20,193 nt of DNA from Candidatus Hydrogenedentota bacterium (GCA_046583315.1 JAYGCN010000287.1:1-20193); one strand, 5' to 3'; shown: positions 1-8,991, counted from the first letter of the stretch. A program made the numbers and translations. Notes: a model not told the origin generated them from the letters alone.

Positions 1-593
1 CGATCGGGCAGGTGTTCGCCATCAGGACCGTCCGTCAGTCGCGGATTACCGTAGGGTGAAAAATATTTCTTGCCACCATACGGGCCACCTCGTGTGATGC
101 CGCCACGATTTACGTCGAAACCTTGGTCTTCCGGCCAGAAACCCTCCGGACCCAAGTGCCATTTCCCCGCGAAGAACGTCGCGTAGTTTTTCGCCTTCAA
201 CATCTCCGGTAGGGTCGTTTCTTCCAGCGGCAGCCTATCAACATATGATGCCGGCAACATCTTCGTGTCCCGTGTCCATTTATCAGGCTGTGGCGCACCG
301 AAATAATCCGTCGTTGCCAATCGCGCGGGATATTTCCCGGTCATGATGCTTGCGCGGGTAGGACTACACACGGGGCATGCCGCATAAGCATTCGTAAAGC
401 GCACACCCGACGCAGCAAGCCGGTCAATGTTCGGCGTGTCGTGGAATGAGCTTCCATAGCACCCGAGATCGGTCCAGCCCAGATCATCTACGAGAATAAA
501 GATAATGTTGGGAGGGCGTTCTTCCGCGAGTGCGTGCGGCATGAATCCCAACAGGGCAGTGATGAGCAACAGTGAAAACGAAATCTTGGGCAT
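1..593 (-). CDS. Formylglycine-dependent sulfatase (arylsulfatase A-like, S1 family), secreted; C-terminal part lies beyond the left window edge
   Basis: Not in the ORF track. Manual translation from ATG at 593: MPKISFSLLLITALLGFMPHALA-EERPPNIIFILVDDLGWTDLGCYGS...TPNIDRLAASGVRFTNAYAACPVCSPTRASIMTGKYPAR...FAGKWHLG. Shows a signal peptide, PNII..DD, CxPxR and GKWHLG motifs; GAGGAG RBS at about 601-606. Confidence 0.95.
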   Translation of the reverse strand, partial: MPKISFSLLLITALLGFMPHALAEERPPNIIFILVDDLGWTDLGCYGSSFHDTPNIDRLAASGVRFTNAYAACPVCSPTRASIMTGKYPARLATTDYFGAPQPDKWTRDTKMLPASYVDRLPLEETTLPEMLKAKNYATFFAGKWHLGPEGFWPEDQGFDVNRGGITRGGPYGGKKYFSPYGNPRLTDGPDGEHLPD

Positions 594-646
594 TTTCTAT
601 CTCCTCTACGTCGGATGTTACGATATCATTCCCCCGTCGCCCGAAT

Positions 647-681
647 AAAAAAGCCGCGGTATGAAAATCCATACCGCGGCT
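647..681 (-). terminator. Rho-independent terminator after the aldo/keto reductase
   Basis: Perfect 12-bp stem AGCCGCGGTATG (652-663) / CATACCGCGGCT (670-681), 6-nt loop, T-run on the minus strand. Confidence 0.85.
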
Positions 682-704
682 CAAATGATGCTCTAATTCG
701 ATGC

Positions 705-1745
705 TTATGCGAAGTATTTGCCGGAATCGCGTGAAGCAATCAGGTTTTCTTCGAAGTGTTTGAAGTTCTGCATGTCAGCATTTACTGTGTGCATTCCATT
801 TTCCAACACAAAGGCGTAGGAGCGTTGGAAAGACGTCAGCGGTGCGTCCATGTATTCCTTCGTATAGAACTTGTCGAAAGCGGTTTCGTCGCCTTTTCCC
901 AGTGCCGTACCCGGAGCAATGAAACGACCAGCCTTCATGCCGACAAGACCGATTCCCGCGTCGCTGGCCGCTTGAAGTTCAGCTTTAATATCAACCATTG
1001 CAGCCGTGCCTTCCAGCAGATCTTTGGAGTCCCAGTCATACCAACCACCTGGGGTGATAGCGATCATTGCGCAACTATGCCAACCACATTCGATGGCCGC
1101 TTTCAAGCAGGCAGCCGCACGTTTGTGTGTCGAAATACCAAAGTGATCCACTTTACCGGCATCTTTGGCCTTCATAAATGCGCTGTGTAGTTCGTCACTG
1201 CCGACGGCTTCGGGATTGCCGATACCCATCAAGTAATACGCATCCACATGTTCCTGACCGAGGTCGGAAAGACTGCCTTCAAGAAGCGTCGTCCAATACT
1301 TTGCATCTTCTTTTGCAGTGGCGGCTGTATAGGTCAAGTCTTTTCCAAGGCCCATGCTGCTACGCGCAAATGCTTTTGAGGTCACCCACACATCGTCGCC
1401 ATGTTTTTTCAGGAAGGGAGCGAGTTCCTTTTCGGAACCCTTGTAGTAAACGGTAGTACCCACGTCGAAGTGGTTCACGCCTTGCTCGTAGGCGCGTTCA
1501 AGAAGACGAGTGGCTTTACCACCCATCAATGCCGCGCCACAACCAAAGGTGAGTGCACTGACGTTGAAATTTGTGCGACCGAACTTGCGATACTTCATTT
1601 TGTCCGGGCGTTCATTACGATGAATGAGACCGTCCGCTGCGAGAACGTCCTTGGAGCCGGTGGTGGTTGCTGCTGCACCCGCCGCTGCCGTGGCCAGTGC
1701 CGCTGTTTTCATAAAATTTCTTCGGGTCGTTTCTGTTGCGCTCAT
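705..1745 (-). CDS. Aldo/keto reductase family protein with twin-arginine (Tat) signal peptide
   Basis: N-terminal TTRRNFMK plus Ala-rich h-region. AKR signatures MKYRKFGRTNFNVSALTFG, GVNHFDVG..YY..SE, VTSK, SLSDLG.EHVD, GKVDHFGISTH, GIGLVGMK. GGGAGGT RBS upstream. Confidence 0.9.
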   Translation of the reverse strand: MSATETTRRNFMKTAALATAAAGAAATTTGSKDVLAADGLIHRNERPDKMKYRKFGRTNFNVSALTFGCGAALMGGKATRLLERAYEQGVNHFDVGTTVYYKGSEKELAPFLKKHGDDVWVTSKAFARSSMGLGKDLTYTAATAKEDAKYWTTLLEGSLSDLGQEHVDAYYLMGIGNPEAVGSDELHSAFMKAKDAGKVDHFGISTHKRAAACLKAAIECGWHSCAMIAITPGGWYDWDSKDLLEGTAAMVDIKAELQAASDAGIGLVGMKAGRFIAPGTALGKGDETAFDKFYTKEYMDAPLTSFQRSYAFVLENGMHTVNADMQNFKHFEENLIASRDSGKYFA

Positions 1746-1811
1746 TTCATACCTCCCAGCATATATGCCAAATTAGGGTTTACTACCTATTGTTCATTAT
1801 TCAAGGGGATC

Positions 1812-1841
1812 AGAATATCGAAGCCTGAACTGTAGAGTCAA
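1812..1841 (-). promoter_or_regulatory. Candidate sigma70-type promoter for the AKR gene
   Basis: TTGACT (1841-1836), 18-nt spacer, TATTCT (1817-1812). Confidence 0.5.
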
Positions 1842-1916
1842 CCCCAAACAGGACAAAATAGTGCCTTTTCCCATGCACTTATCGCCTTTAACGGGGTTTC
1901 AGCGGGCAGACACGCA

Positions 1917-1946
1917 TGGACTCCCCACTCCCGAATTCGGTACACT
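1917..1946 (+). promoter_or_regulatory. Candidate sigma70-type promoter for the lipoprotein gene
   Basis: TGGACT (1917-1922), 18-nt spacer, TACACT (1941-1946). Confidence 0.45.
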
Positions 1947-1996
1947 GGGGGCCAATTCACGCAATTAACAGGATGGACATGGAGATTTCGAGCCCA

Positions 1997-3073
1997 ATGA
2001 TGGATATTAAACGATATATGTGGACCGGGTTGCTGGGCACCAGCGCACTGGTCATGGCCGGATGCTCGCTCGGTGATAGTATGGAGGAAGATACTGCCAC
2101 CGAAGAACCAGCGGCAGAAGTTATCGCCGAGACGGGCGACATTCTTCCTCCCGATTCAAAAGGCGAAGGCTCGGAACCCAAAGAAGGTGAAGACGCACCC
2201 TTCGCGGGCGGTGAAGTCGACACCTCCATTCGTGACGCTGGCGAATACGGCAACGACGCGCTGGTCGACGCACTCCAGCCAGCGGGTTGGTCTCAGACTG
2301 GCAACATCGAACACTACAACATTGCGGCGCTCTACACGAAAATCGATGGTCGTTCGGAACTCTATATGGCCTACGACGTGCTCGGCCTCAGCTGGGTCAG
2401 CCTGGTCGACGATGAAAACAAAGACAATTTCCTCGACGTCTTCATCTACGACATGCAATCCACTTCAGGATCCTTCGGCATCTATTCCGTCGAACGCGAA
2501 GAAGGCCAGGATGCGCTGGACTTCGGAGACGAGGGCTACAAAACCGGCTCCAACTACTACGTGCGCAAGGGCCGTTACTACGCCTACGTGAATGCCTCCA
2601 GAACCAACGAAGCGAACGATGCTGCGGGATATGCCGTTGCGAAAGCACTCATGGAACGCGTGCCCGAAGACAACGCAGCCATTCACGGGATCGACTGGCT
2701 TCCCAAAGACGGCCTGATCGTTGACTCGGTACAATACTTCAAAGCCGATGCCATGAGCCTCGATTTTCTGACCGATACGTTTCTAGCCAATTACAATTTC
2801 GGTGACGCGAAAGTCCGGGTGTTCATTACGGACCGCACGGACGAAGCCGAAGCCGCTTCCATCTACGAAGCGTTCAACGCCTACGGTGCAGACTACGGCG
2901 ATTCCGTCTCCACGGTGGACGTAGACGGCACGGAAGTATCCCTCACCGATTGGGGCGGCGACTACTACGATGGCGTGGTACAGATTGGCTCCCAAATCGC
3001 TGGTGTTTCCAACATCGAAGGCAAAGACAATGCAGCTACCGCCATGAAGGGTCTTATCGAACGACTCAAGTAA
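1997..3073 (+). CDS. Acidic lipoprotein, DUF6599-like
   Basis: Start moved to ATG 1997 (GGAG at 1981-1984): MMDIKRYMWTGLLGTSALVMAG-C lipobox, then an acidic linker, then GW..GNIEHY...LYTKIDGRSELY...DVFIYDM.S..GSFGIYS.ER, which matches the DUF6599 pattern as I recall it. Confidence 0.7.
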   Translation: MMDIKRYMWTGLLGTSALVMAGCSLGDSMEEDTATEEPAAEVIAETGDILPPDSKGEGSEPKEGEDAPFAGGEVDTSIRDAGEYGNDALVDALQPAGWSQTGNIEHYNIAALYTKIDGRSELYMAYDVLGLSWVSLVDDENKDNFLDVFIYDMQSTSGSFGIYSVEREEGQDALDFGDEGYKTGSNYYVRKGRYYAYVNASRTNEANDAAGYAVAKALMERVPEDNAAIHGIDWLPKDGLIVDSVQYFKADAMSLDFLTDTFLANYNFGDAKVRVFITDRTDEAEAASIYEAFNAYGADYGDSVSTVDVDGTEVSLTDWGGDYYDGVVQIGSQIAGVSNIEGKDNAATAMKGLIERLK

Positions 3074-3096
3074 GATTCGCCATACCGATTCATTTC

Positions 3097-3132
3097 AAGT
3101 CCCCGTTTCCACCCAGGAAACGGGGACTTTTT
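3097..3132 (+). terminator. Rho-independent terminator after the lipoprotein gene
   Basis: 14-bp perfect stem AAGTCCCCGTTTCC / GGAAACGGGGACTT, loop ACCCA, followed by TTT. Confidence 0.85.
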
Positions 3133-3145
3133 CATGCCTGCAAAG

Positions 3146-3184
3146 AAAAAACGACCCGCCCACAATCCTGTGAACGAGCCGTTT
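3146..3184 (-). terminator. Rho-independent terminator for the etf/fadF operon
   Basis: Minus strand AACGGCTCGTTCACA-GGAT-TGTGGGCGGGTCGTT-TTTT: 15-bp stem with four G.U pairs, so it folds fully only on the minus strand. Confidence 0.75.
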
Positions 3185-3208
3185 GAATTGGCTTTATGAT
3201 CGGTAAAA

Positions 3209-5191
3209 CTAAATCGAGTCCGCAACAATCTCCGCGATATCCCGCACGTCAACTTCTTCGGCTTTGCCTTCCGCTGCCACGCCATCGGTCAGCATCGTCA
3301 TGCAGAAGGGACACGCCGTGGCGATGGTTTTCGCGCCCGTCGCCAATGCTTCTTTGGTGCGCTCGCCGTTGACGCTTGTGCCGATTCTTTCTTCCATCCA
3401 CATGCGTCCACCGCCGGCGCCACAACAAAAACTCTTCTCTTTGTTACGACCCATCTCAACCAATTTCCCGTCACCGACTGCGGCTTCGAGCACGTTGCGT
3501 GGTGAATCAAAAATATCGTTGTAGCGCCCCAGGTAACACGAATCATGGTACGTGACCTGATCCGTCATGCCGAGCGCGGAAATGTCCGGCTTAATTTTTC
3601 CAGATTCAATGAGTTCCTGAATGAGGTCGGTGTGGTTGATGACTTCGTACTCACCCTTGAAATCCGGGAATTCATTTTTGATGGTGTTCATACAATGCGG
3701 ACACGACGTGATCACTTTCTTGACGCCGTAGTTGTTAAACGTCTCGACGTTCTGCTGAATCATCGTCTGCGCAAGGAATTCATTACCGATTCGCTTGGCA
3801 CTGTCGCCCGTACACATTTCTTCATCACCCAGGATGGAGAAGGATACATCGGCAGCTTTGAGAATCTTGACCAGCGCGGTGCTCACCTTGATGTAGCGTT
3901 CATCATACGACCCAGCGCAACCGACATAATAGAGATACTCGACATCGGATTTTTCGGCCATGGTCGTGATCTCAAGATCCTTCGCCCATTTGCCGCGTTC
4001 GCCTTGAGCGAGATTCCACGGATTCCCCTGGCCCTCAATGCCGCGAAGTGCGACCTGAGCTTCCTCCGGAAAGTCCCCTTCCATCAACACGCGTGCCTGG
4101 CGAATCTCCAGCAACTTGGTCATAGGAGCGATCTCGACCGGACAAACTTCTTCACAGGCGCGACAACTGGTGCAGGCCCAGAGTACCTCATCCGTGATGA
4201 CATCGCCGAACAGCGCCTTCACCGGTACTGCTTCGGGGTCATTCAGCATGGCCGGACCAACCTCGAAGATGTGATCCTTGATTGCCAGCACAACTTTCTT
4301 CGGACTCAGCGCTTTACCGGTGTTGTACGCCGGACAATTCTCCTGACAACGCCCGCATTCGGTGCAAGCCATTGTGTCCAGTAATTCTTTGGCGGTGAAA
4401 TCCCGAATCGTGACCACACCGAAAGTCTCTGCGTCTTCATCTTCAAGATCCAGCTTGTCGATACGGCCCTTGATTTGCGTGTCATCGCGGAAAAAGAGAT
4501 TCGGGAGCGCTGTTACAACGTGCAAGTGCTTGGAATAGGGAATATAAACCAGAAATGCAAGGACGACAATGTTGTGAATCCATTCGAATACAGCAAAGAT
4601 AGTACCCGCCTCTTCAATAGACTGTGACCCTTCGCCACCGAGGAAAATGCTTCGCAGCAGGTCCGCAACAGGCGTGAATCCTTCTCTTACCACGAGGGCA
4701 CTCATGCTGTAGTAGGCCGCGATGAGCATGCCGATGAGGCTGATAATGAACAGGGCATCCATCTGATGCGACAGCGGGCCCTCGAGGCGTTTTGGCTTGA
4801 TGACGAAGCGACGGTACAAGGCCATGGCCAGCGCGAACATCACAACCGCGCCGATGAAATCCGAGAATGTATTCATTAGCCAATAGATCGGCCCGAGGAT
4901 TTCGAAGGTAAAGTGTCCAGGAGTCAGCCCGCGGATGAGTCCTTCGGTGGTGCTGAAGGTGAGAATCCAGAAGCCCCAGAAAATGAAGAAATGGAACCAG
5001 CCAGAAGGTTCGCGAATCACAAGTTTTTGGCCGAAGCCTTTAACCAGGACATCTTTGATGCGTCCTGGAAGACGATCAAGACCAAGTTCTCCCGTTCCGA
5101 GATTCACAAGACGGTAAATAAGAAAAATCCGCCGAATGAATATCACGTGCGCCATGATTACCAAAAGCCACAGGATGAAAATGGAAACCAT
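3209..5191 (-). CDS. fadF: Membrane-anchored Fe-S oxidoreductase (FadF/EtfD-like; probable ETF:quinone oxidoreductase, HdrD/GlpC-related CCG domains)
   Basis: N-terminal multi-TM domain with conserved His ([17 protein letters not shown]); two 4Fe-4S motifs [12 protein letters not shown] and [12 protein letters not shown]; Cys-rich CCG domains ([36 protein letters not shown]); directly downstream of etfA. Confidence 0.9.
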   Translation of the reverse strand: MVSIFILWLLVIMAHVIFIRRIFLIYRLVNLGTGELGLDRLPGRIKDVLVKGFGQKLVIREPSGWFHFFIFWGFWILTFSTTEGLIRGLTPGHFTFEILGPIYWLMNTFSDFIGAVVMFALAMALYRRFVIKPKRLEGPLSHQMDALFIISLIGMLIAAYYSMSALVVREGFTPVADLLRSIFLGGEGSQSIEEAGTIFAVFEWIHNIVVLAFLVYIPYSKHLHVVTALPNLFFRDDTQIKGRIDKLDLEDEDAETFGVVTIRDFTAKELLDTMACTECGRCQENCPAYNTGKALSPKKVVLAIKDHIFEVGPAMLNDPEAVPVKALFGDVITDEVLWACTSCRACEEVCPVEIAPMTKLLEIRQARVLMEGDFPEEAQVALRGIEGQGNPWNLAQGERGKWAKDLEITTMAEKSDVEYLYYVGCAGSYDERYIKVSTALVKILKAADVSFSILGDEEMCTGDSAKRIGNEFLAQTMIQQNVETFNNYGVKKVITSCPHCMNTIKNEFPDFKGEYEVINHTDLIQELIESGKIKPDISALGMTDQVTYHDSCYLGRYNDIFDSPRNVLEAAVGDGKLVEMGRNKEKSFCCGAGGGRMWMEERIGTSVNGERTKEALATGAKTIATACPFCMTMLTDGVAAEGKAEEVDVRDIAEIVADSI

Positions 5192-5221
5192 TGTTGTGAA
5201 CCCTTCCGGTTGTATGTTGAA

Positions 5222-6184
5222 TTATGCCAGAATCTTCTTCGCTTCTTCGGTCAGAATAGGTACTACATCAAACAAATCACCTACGATGCCGTAGTCGCAC
5301 ATTTTGAAAATGTTCGCCTCTGAATCTTTATTAATCGCAACGATGGTACGAGAGGTCCGCATGCCCGCCTGATGCTGAATCGCGCCCGAGAGACCAATAG
5401 CGATATACAAATCAGGGCCAACCACTTTACCAGTCTGACCCACCTGCAAGGAAGGATGGACCCAGCCCGCATCCACAATCGCGCGACTCGCACCCATTGC
5501 CGCACCGAGCACATCGCACAATCCCTGAATCAATGGAACGTTTTCCGGACCACCAATACCGCGACCCGCCGAAACCACGATACGCGCTTCAGTAAGCTCA
5601 ATCGTGCCCGCCGCTTGTTCCACAATATCCTTGATCACCGTGCGCAGGTCAAGCTGCGGCATTTCACGGTTCACCACTTCAGGCGCGTCATCACCCTTCG
5701 GTACATCCTCAACGACGTTCGGGCGAATCGACACCATAGCCGGTGACGAGTTCACGCGAATTCGCGCATCAATATTACATGCGTACAACGGTTTATACGC
5801 GAGCAGACCATCGCTCCATTCCACCGAAACCGCTTCCTGAACCAGCTCAATGCCCAGTCGCGCAGCGACCGACGCACAAAATTCCTTCCCGATGGCCGAA
5901 GCCGACCCAATAATCACTTTCGCGTCCAGTTCTTGAGCCAGATCGCGCACGATAGGGACATACCCGTCATTCGAGTAGTGCGTCAGGTTCTCGTTTTCGT
6001 AGGCGAATACCTTTTTGATGCCATAGCCTTTGAGGCGATCGGCCTGCCCCTCAAGCGCGCGTCCTATAAAGACCGCGTTCAAGTCCATTCCGGCCGCTTC
6101 AGCAATATCACGGGCAGCCGTTGCCGCCTCAAGAGCGCAAGCTTTCAGATCGCCGCGTTGTTCAAGTAATACCAAGACACTCAT
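5222..6184 (-). CDS. etfA: Electron transfer flavoprotein alpha subunit
   Basis: LTEARIVVSAGRG, GASRAIVDAGW, QVGQTGKVV.PDLYIAIGLSGAIQH.AGM, AINKD..A.IF...DYGIVGDLF; AAGGAG RBS. Confidence 0.97.
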   Translation of the reverse strand: MSVLVLLEQRGDLKACALEAATAARDIAEAAGMDLNAVFIGRALEGQADRLKGYGIKKVFAYENENLTHYSNDGYVPIVRDLAQELDAKVIIGSASAIGKEFCASVAARLGIELVQEAVSVEWSDGLLAYKPLYACNIDARIRVNSSPAMVSIRPNVVEDVPKGDDAPEVVNREMPQLDLRTVIKDIVEQAAGTIELTEARIVVSAGRGIGGPENVPLIQGLCDVLGAAMGASRAIVDAGWVHPSLQVGQTGKVVGPDLYIAIGLSGAIQHQAGMRTSRTIVAINKDSEANIFKMCDYGIVGDLFDVVPILTEEAKKILA

Positions 6185-6231
6185 GGATAACTCCTTGTAA
6201 ATAAATCAAAACTTTTAGTGTGGTTTAGGGT

Positions 6232-7008
6232 TTAGAGAACTTTTTCATCTTGACGAAGTTTGGTCAGCAATTGCACAACCTGCTCAGCCGTTTCACCTTC
6301 AAGAATGTTGTTCAGACGTTCCTGCCGCGGCAAGGACAAATGCTCGATCACCAGTCCGGAAGCAATGTTCGCTTCATCAAGCCCAAGATCGGCAAAGGAA
6401 AGCTGCTTAATTTCTTTCCTCTTCGCCTTCATGATATTCGGAAGCGTCGGATAACGCGGCACATTGATACCCTTCTCAATACTGCATACCGCCGGAAGTG
6501 GAATTTCAAGGTTAAGACTACCCCCTTCTATCTCACGCACCACGCTTACCGTTCCGTCACCCAGCTCAAACTTCGCGATTGCAGAAACGTGTGAAATATT
6601 AAGGAGTTCAGCAACGCGCTCAGGCACCTGCGCACCATCGTCGTCCACCGCTTGCTTACCCGCAAAAATCAGTCCAAACTCTTCGCTCTTGAGTGCAGCC
6701 GCAAGCACTTCAGAAGTGCCCGCGAATCCGGCTTCGTCAACATCCTTTTCGACGAAAATTGCGCGGTCAGCACCCATAGCAAGCGCGCTACGTATCACTT
6801 CCTTGGCCGCTTCGATACCCATCGTGACTACGACAACTTCGTCGGCTTTACCCGCTTCTCTTATCTGGATAGCTTCTTCGAGCGCGTGTTCGTCGTAGGG
6901 TCCCAGAACGTATTTAATGCCGGCCGTTTCAACGGACACTTCGTCGGCCGCGACTTTGAATACGGATGCGGTGTCCGGCACACGCTTAATCAATACTGCG
7001 ATGTTCAT
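6232..7008 (-). CDS. etfB: Electron transfer flavoprotein beta subunit
   Basis: IKRVPDT, PYDEHALEEA, ALAMGADRA, GKQAVDDD.AQV, REIEGG, N.PRYPTL.NIMKAKRK. Confidence 0.97.
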   Translation of the reverse strand: MNIAVLIKRVPDTASVFKVAADEVSVETAGIKYVLGPYDEHALEEAIQIREAGKADEVVVVTMGIEAAKEVIRSALAMGADRAIFVEKDVDEAGFAGTSEVLAAALKSEEFGLIFAGKQAVDDDGAQVPERVAELLNISHVSAIAKFELGDGTVSVVREIEGGSLNLEIPLPAVCSIEKGINVPRYPTLPNIMKAKRKEIKQLSFADLGLDEANIASGLVIEHLSLPRQERLNNILEGETAEQVVQLLTKLRQDEKVL

Positions 7009-7111
7009 AGTCTTTCCCTTATGGTTACCAAATCATTTCTAAAGTAGTTTTCGTGGAAATCCGGCACATTTCGAGCCCTAAAAGTACGAGCTGGAAGGCC
7101 AAACAGTTCAG

Positions 7112-7186
7112 ATCATAACCTTTTTTCCGATGCCGGCTCAAGTAAAATAATTAAGGCTTTAACCATCAGTGGTTATACTGGTTAAA
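7112..7186 (-). promoter_or_regulatory. Candidate etfB promoter with upstream palindromic operator-like site
   Basis: TTGAGC (7141-7136), 18-nt spacer, TATGAT (7117-7112). Upstream TAACCA-TCAG-TGGTTA (7160-7175), plus the wider TTTAACCA..TGGTTAAA inverted repeat (7158-7186). Confidence 0.45.
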
Positions 7187-7233
7187 ACGGGGTGCCGGAA
7201 TGGCCCCGGACACATCCAGATCAGACCACTCAA

Positions 7234-8727
7234 TCAGGCATGCTCAAAGGCATCTCGCGCCTTTTCCAACAATTCAGAAGCCTTCCCGATATCCAAGTCA
7301 AACAATTTGAGTGAATCGTCATAAGCAGAATCCAGCTCCAGCGCGCTGCCAGACGAAAACGCATGGGTCATCGCAATGGCCAAAAAAAGGATGTGGGTTA
7401 GGTCACGAGCGCCCTTGGCACCGGAAGGCTGGCACTGATAACGAATCGGTTCCAATATCGCTGCAGGAACATTCCAACGTCGAAGCTGATAATAACACGT
7501 CTCCGTATTTGGAAACTTATAAAGCCTGGTTTCTAACGCATGCAATTCACGTCCGAGCAGATCCCGCGTCGCCTGAGCGTAGCCTCCGGGGAGAGCCTCC
7601 AACAACAACAAACGCCCCAATTCATGCAAGAGACCCACCGTGTAGGCAACCTTCGGATTGGAAAATCCCGTGTATTCCGCGAGTGTCTGGGCCGCACGCG
7701 CACAAAAGCGTGAACGCTTCAGAAATCCGCCGAAATCAAAGGCCTTGTGACGTTTCTTGTAATCAACAGGGTTGGCAGACTGCAAAGCCGTCGCCAGCGA
7801 TTCGCTCCCTATCAACGAAGCAGCCAGCCCTACCGTGTCAACCTTGCCCGCCATCCCATACGCCGCCGAATTAGCGAGTTGCAACGTCTTTCCCGCGAGG
7901 ACCGGCTCCGTCTGTGCAAGCTCAGCAATCGCGTACAGATCGTCAGCAGAAATATCATTAAGTCGATTCGTGGCGGCCAACGAAGGAGCGATGTCGATTA
8001 ATCGAAATACACGCCGCGTGGCAATCTTCTCATTAAGGTGTTTTTCGAACTCCATCGCCAGACTCTGCGAAATAGAATCGGCCGCCTGCATCTGAGAGAA
8101 CGGCAGCCGTATTGAAATCGTGCTCTGTATCGCTTCATAGGAGCACAACATGGTCTTCACACGAAGCCCGGTGATCTGTTCTATCTCCTTCACCGTAGAT
8201 TTGTCCTTGGGGCACACCATCGCCAGCGTCATCAACTTGCCAAGTTTATCCACGGGAACCACAAATCGTTCACGGATGATATTTTCAGGAATCAGAGAAA
8301 TAACCTCAGGCGGAACCGAATAATTCGACAGATCGATCGTCGCGAGCCCCTGTTCTTTCAGCAACAAATCATGAAACGCTTGCGAAGTCGTACATCCGAA
8401 ATCTATCAGTAGAGACCATATCGTTCCCGGCAGATCGCGCTGGACTATCAGCGCGTCTTCGATGTCCGCTTGCGTCACCAACCCCTGATCAAGCAATAAA
8501 TCAGTCGCATCGTCCAAATCTTGCATCGGACGATTCGACTTGGTTTCTCCGGCTCCAGCCTGGAAATCCGAGGGAATCGGATCCGGAGTATTGGCACCAT
8601 CGGTAGTAATTTCAACTCGCTCGCCGCACCTGACGCAGGTCACAGTTTTGCCCAGTGCCTCCGCGGGCACCTTCATTTTCTGCCCGCAGGTACAAATAAT
8701 TAGTAATTTAGCGTTATCTTGTGCCAA
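7234..8727 (-). CDS. Zn-ribbon + MshEN/GSPII_N-like + HDOD domain protein (putative signalling protein)
   Basis: CTCG-x15-CVRC ribbon; LLLDQGLVTQADIEDALIVQ...IDLSNY.VPPEVISLIPE...ERFVVPV...LTLAMVCP (T2SSE/PilB N-terminal style); EPVLAGKTLQLANSAAYG..V.TV..A..LIG and AYTVGLLHELGRLLL...WNVP..I.E.I (HDOD). Start taken at TTG 8727 with GAGGA 8 nt upstream; the track starts at 8742. Confidence 0.8.
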   Translation of the reverse strand: MAQDNAKLLIICTCGQKMKVPAEALGKTVTCVRCGERVEITTDGANTPDPIPSDFQAGAGETKSNRPMQDLDDATDLLLDQGLVTQADIEDALIVQRDLPGTIWSLLIDFGCTTSQAFHDLLLKEQGLATIDLSNYSVPPEVISLIPENIIRERFVVPVDKLGKLMTLAMVCPKDKSTVKEIEQITGLRVKTMLCSYEAIQSTISIRLPFSQMQAADSISQSLAMEFEKHLNEKIATRRVFRLIDIAPSLAATNRLNDISADDLYAIAELAQTEPVLAGKTLQLANSAAYGMAGKVDTVGLAASLIGSESLATALQSANPVDYKKRHKAFDFGGFLKRSRFCARAAQTLAEYTGFSNPKVAYTVGLLHELGRLLLLEALPGGYAQATRDLLGRELHALETRLYKFPNTETCYYQLRRWNVPAAILEPIRYQCQPSGAKGARDLTHILFLAIAMTHAFSSGSALELDSAYDDSLKLFDLDIGKASELLEKARDAFEHA

Positions 8728-8806
8728 ACGAGAAATCCTCAATCCAAATCAGGAGATTTGCGCGCCCACCAGCCCGGCGCGAAGACACGGTCCTACAGAG
8801 TGAATA

Positions 8807-8882
8807 AGTGTAGGCATCTTAGTGGGTTACAGTCAAGCGATGAGATGGATAATTTGCAGAAGGCCGCGGAATCGTTTATGCT
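8807..8882. promoter_or_regulatory. Back-to-back candidate sigma70-type promoters
   Basis: Minus: TTGACT (8836-8831), 18 nt, TACACT (8812-8807). Plus: TTGCAG (8854-8859), 17 nt, TATGCT (8877-8882). Confidence 0.55.
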
Positions 8883-8991
8883 TATAAACGGTGGTACTGC
8901 GTAGGGTACGCCAGCCAAATCGACCGCCTTGGGGCGACGACGGCAGCGAGGCGGTAATTTTCGTTGCTATGGCAGAGGGGGTCTGTGATAG

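Noticed and set aside
484..684. 66-aa minus-strand ORF
   Set aside because: It spans the terminator hairpin and overlaps the real sulfatase start in another frame.
1916..1996. Upstream start extensions in the ORF track (also 8742, 16332, 19503)
   Set aside because: Downstream starts have better RBSs and canonical N-termini; the 1916 extension overlaps a promoter candidate.
3545..4384. 279-aa plus-strand ORF and other long shadow ORFs (7311-7874, 11316-12122, 14582-15379, 15520-16401, 19761-20174)
   Set aside because: They lie antisense to well-supported genes, have no recognisable motifs, and are expected from codon bias.
8885..8985. c-di-GMP-I riboswitch (GACGGCAGCG resembles its 3' part; an MshEN-like gene is adjacent)
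   Set aside because: The GGCAAAC, GNRA tetraloop and receptor (CUAA) elements are absent.
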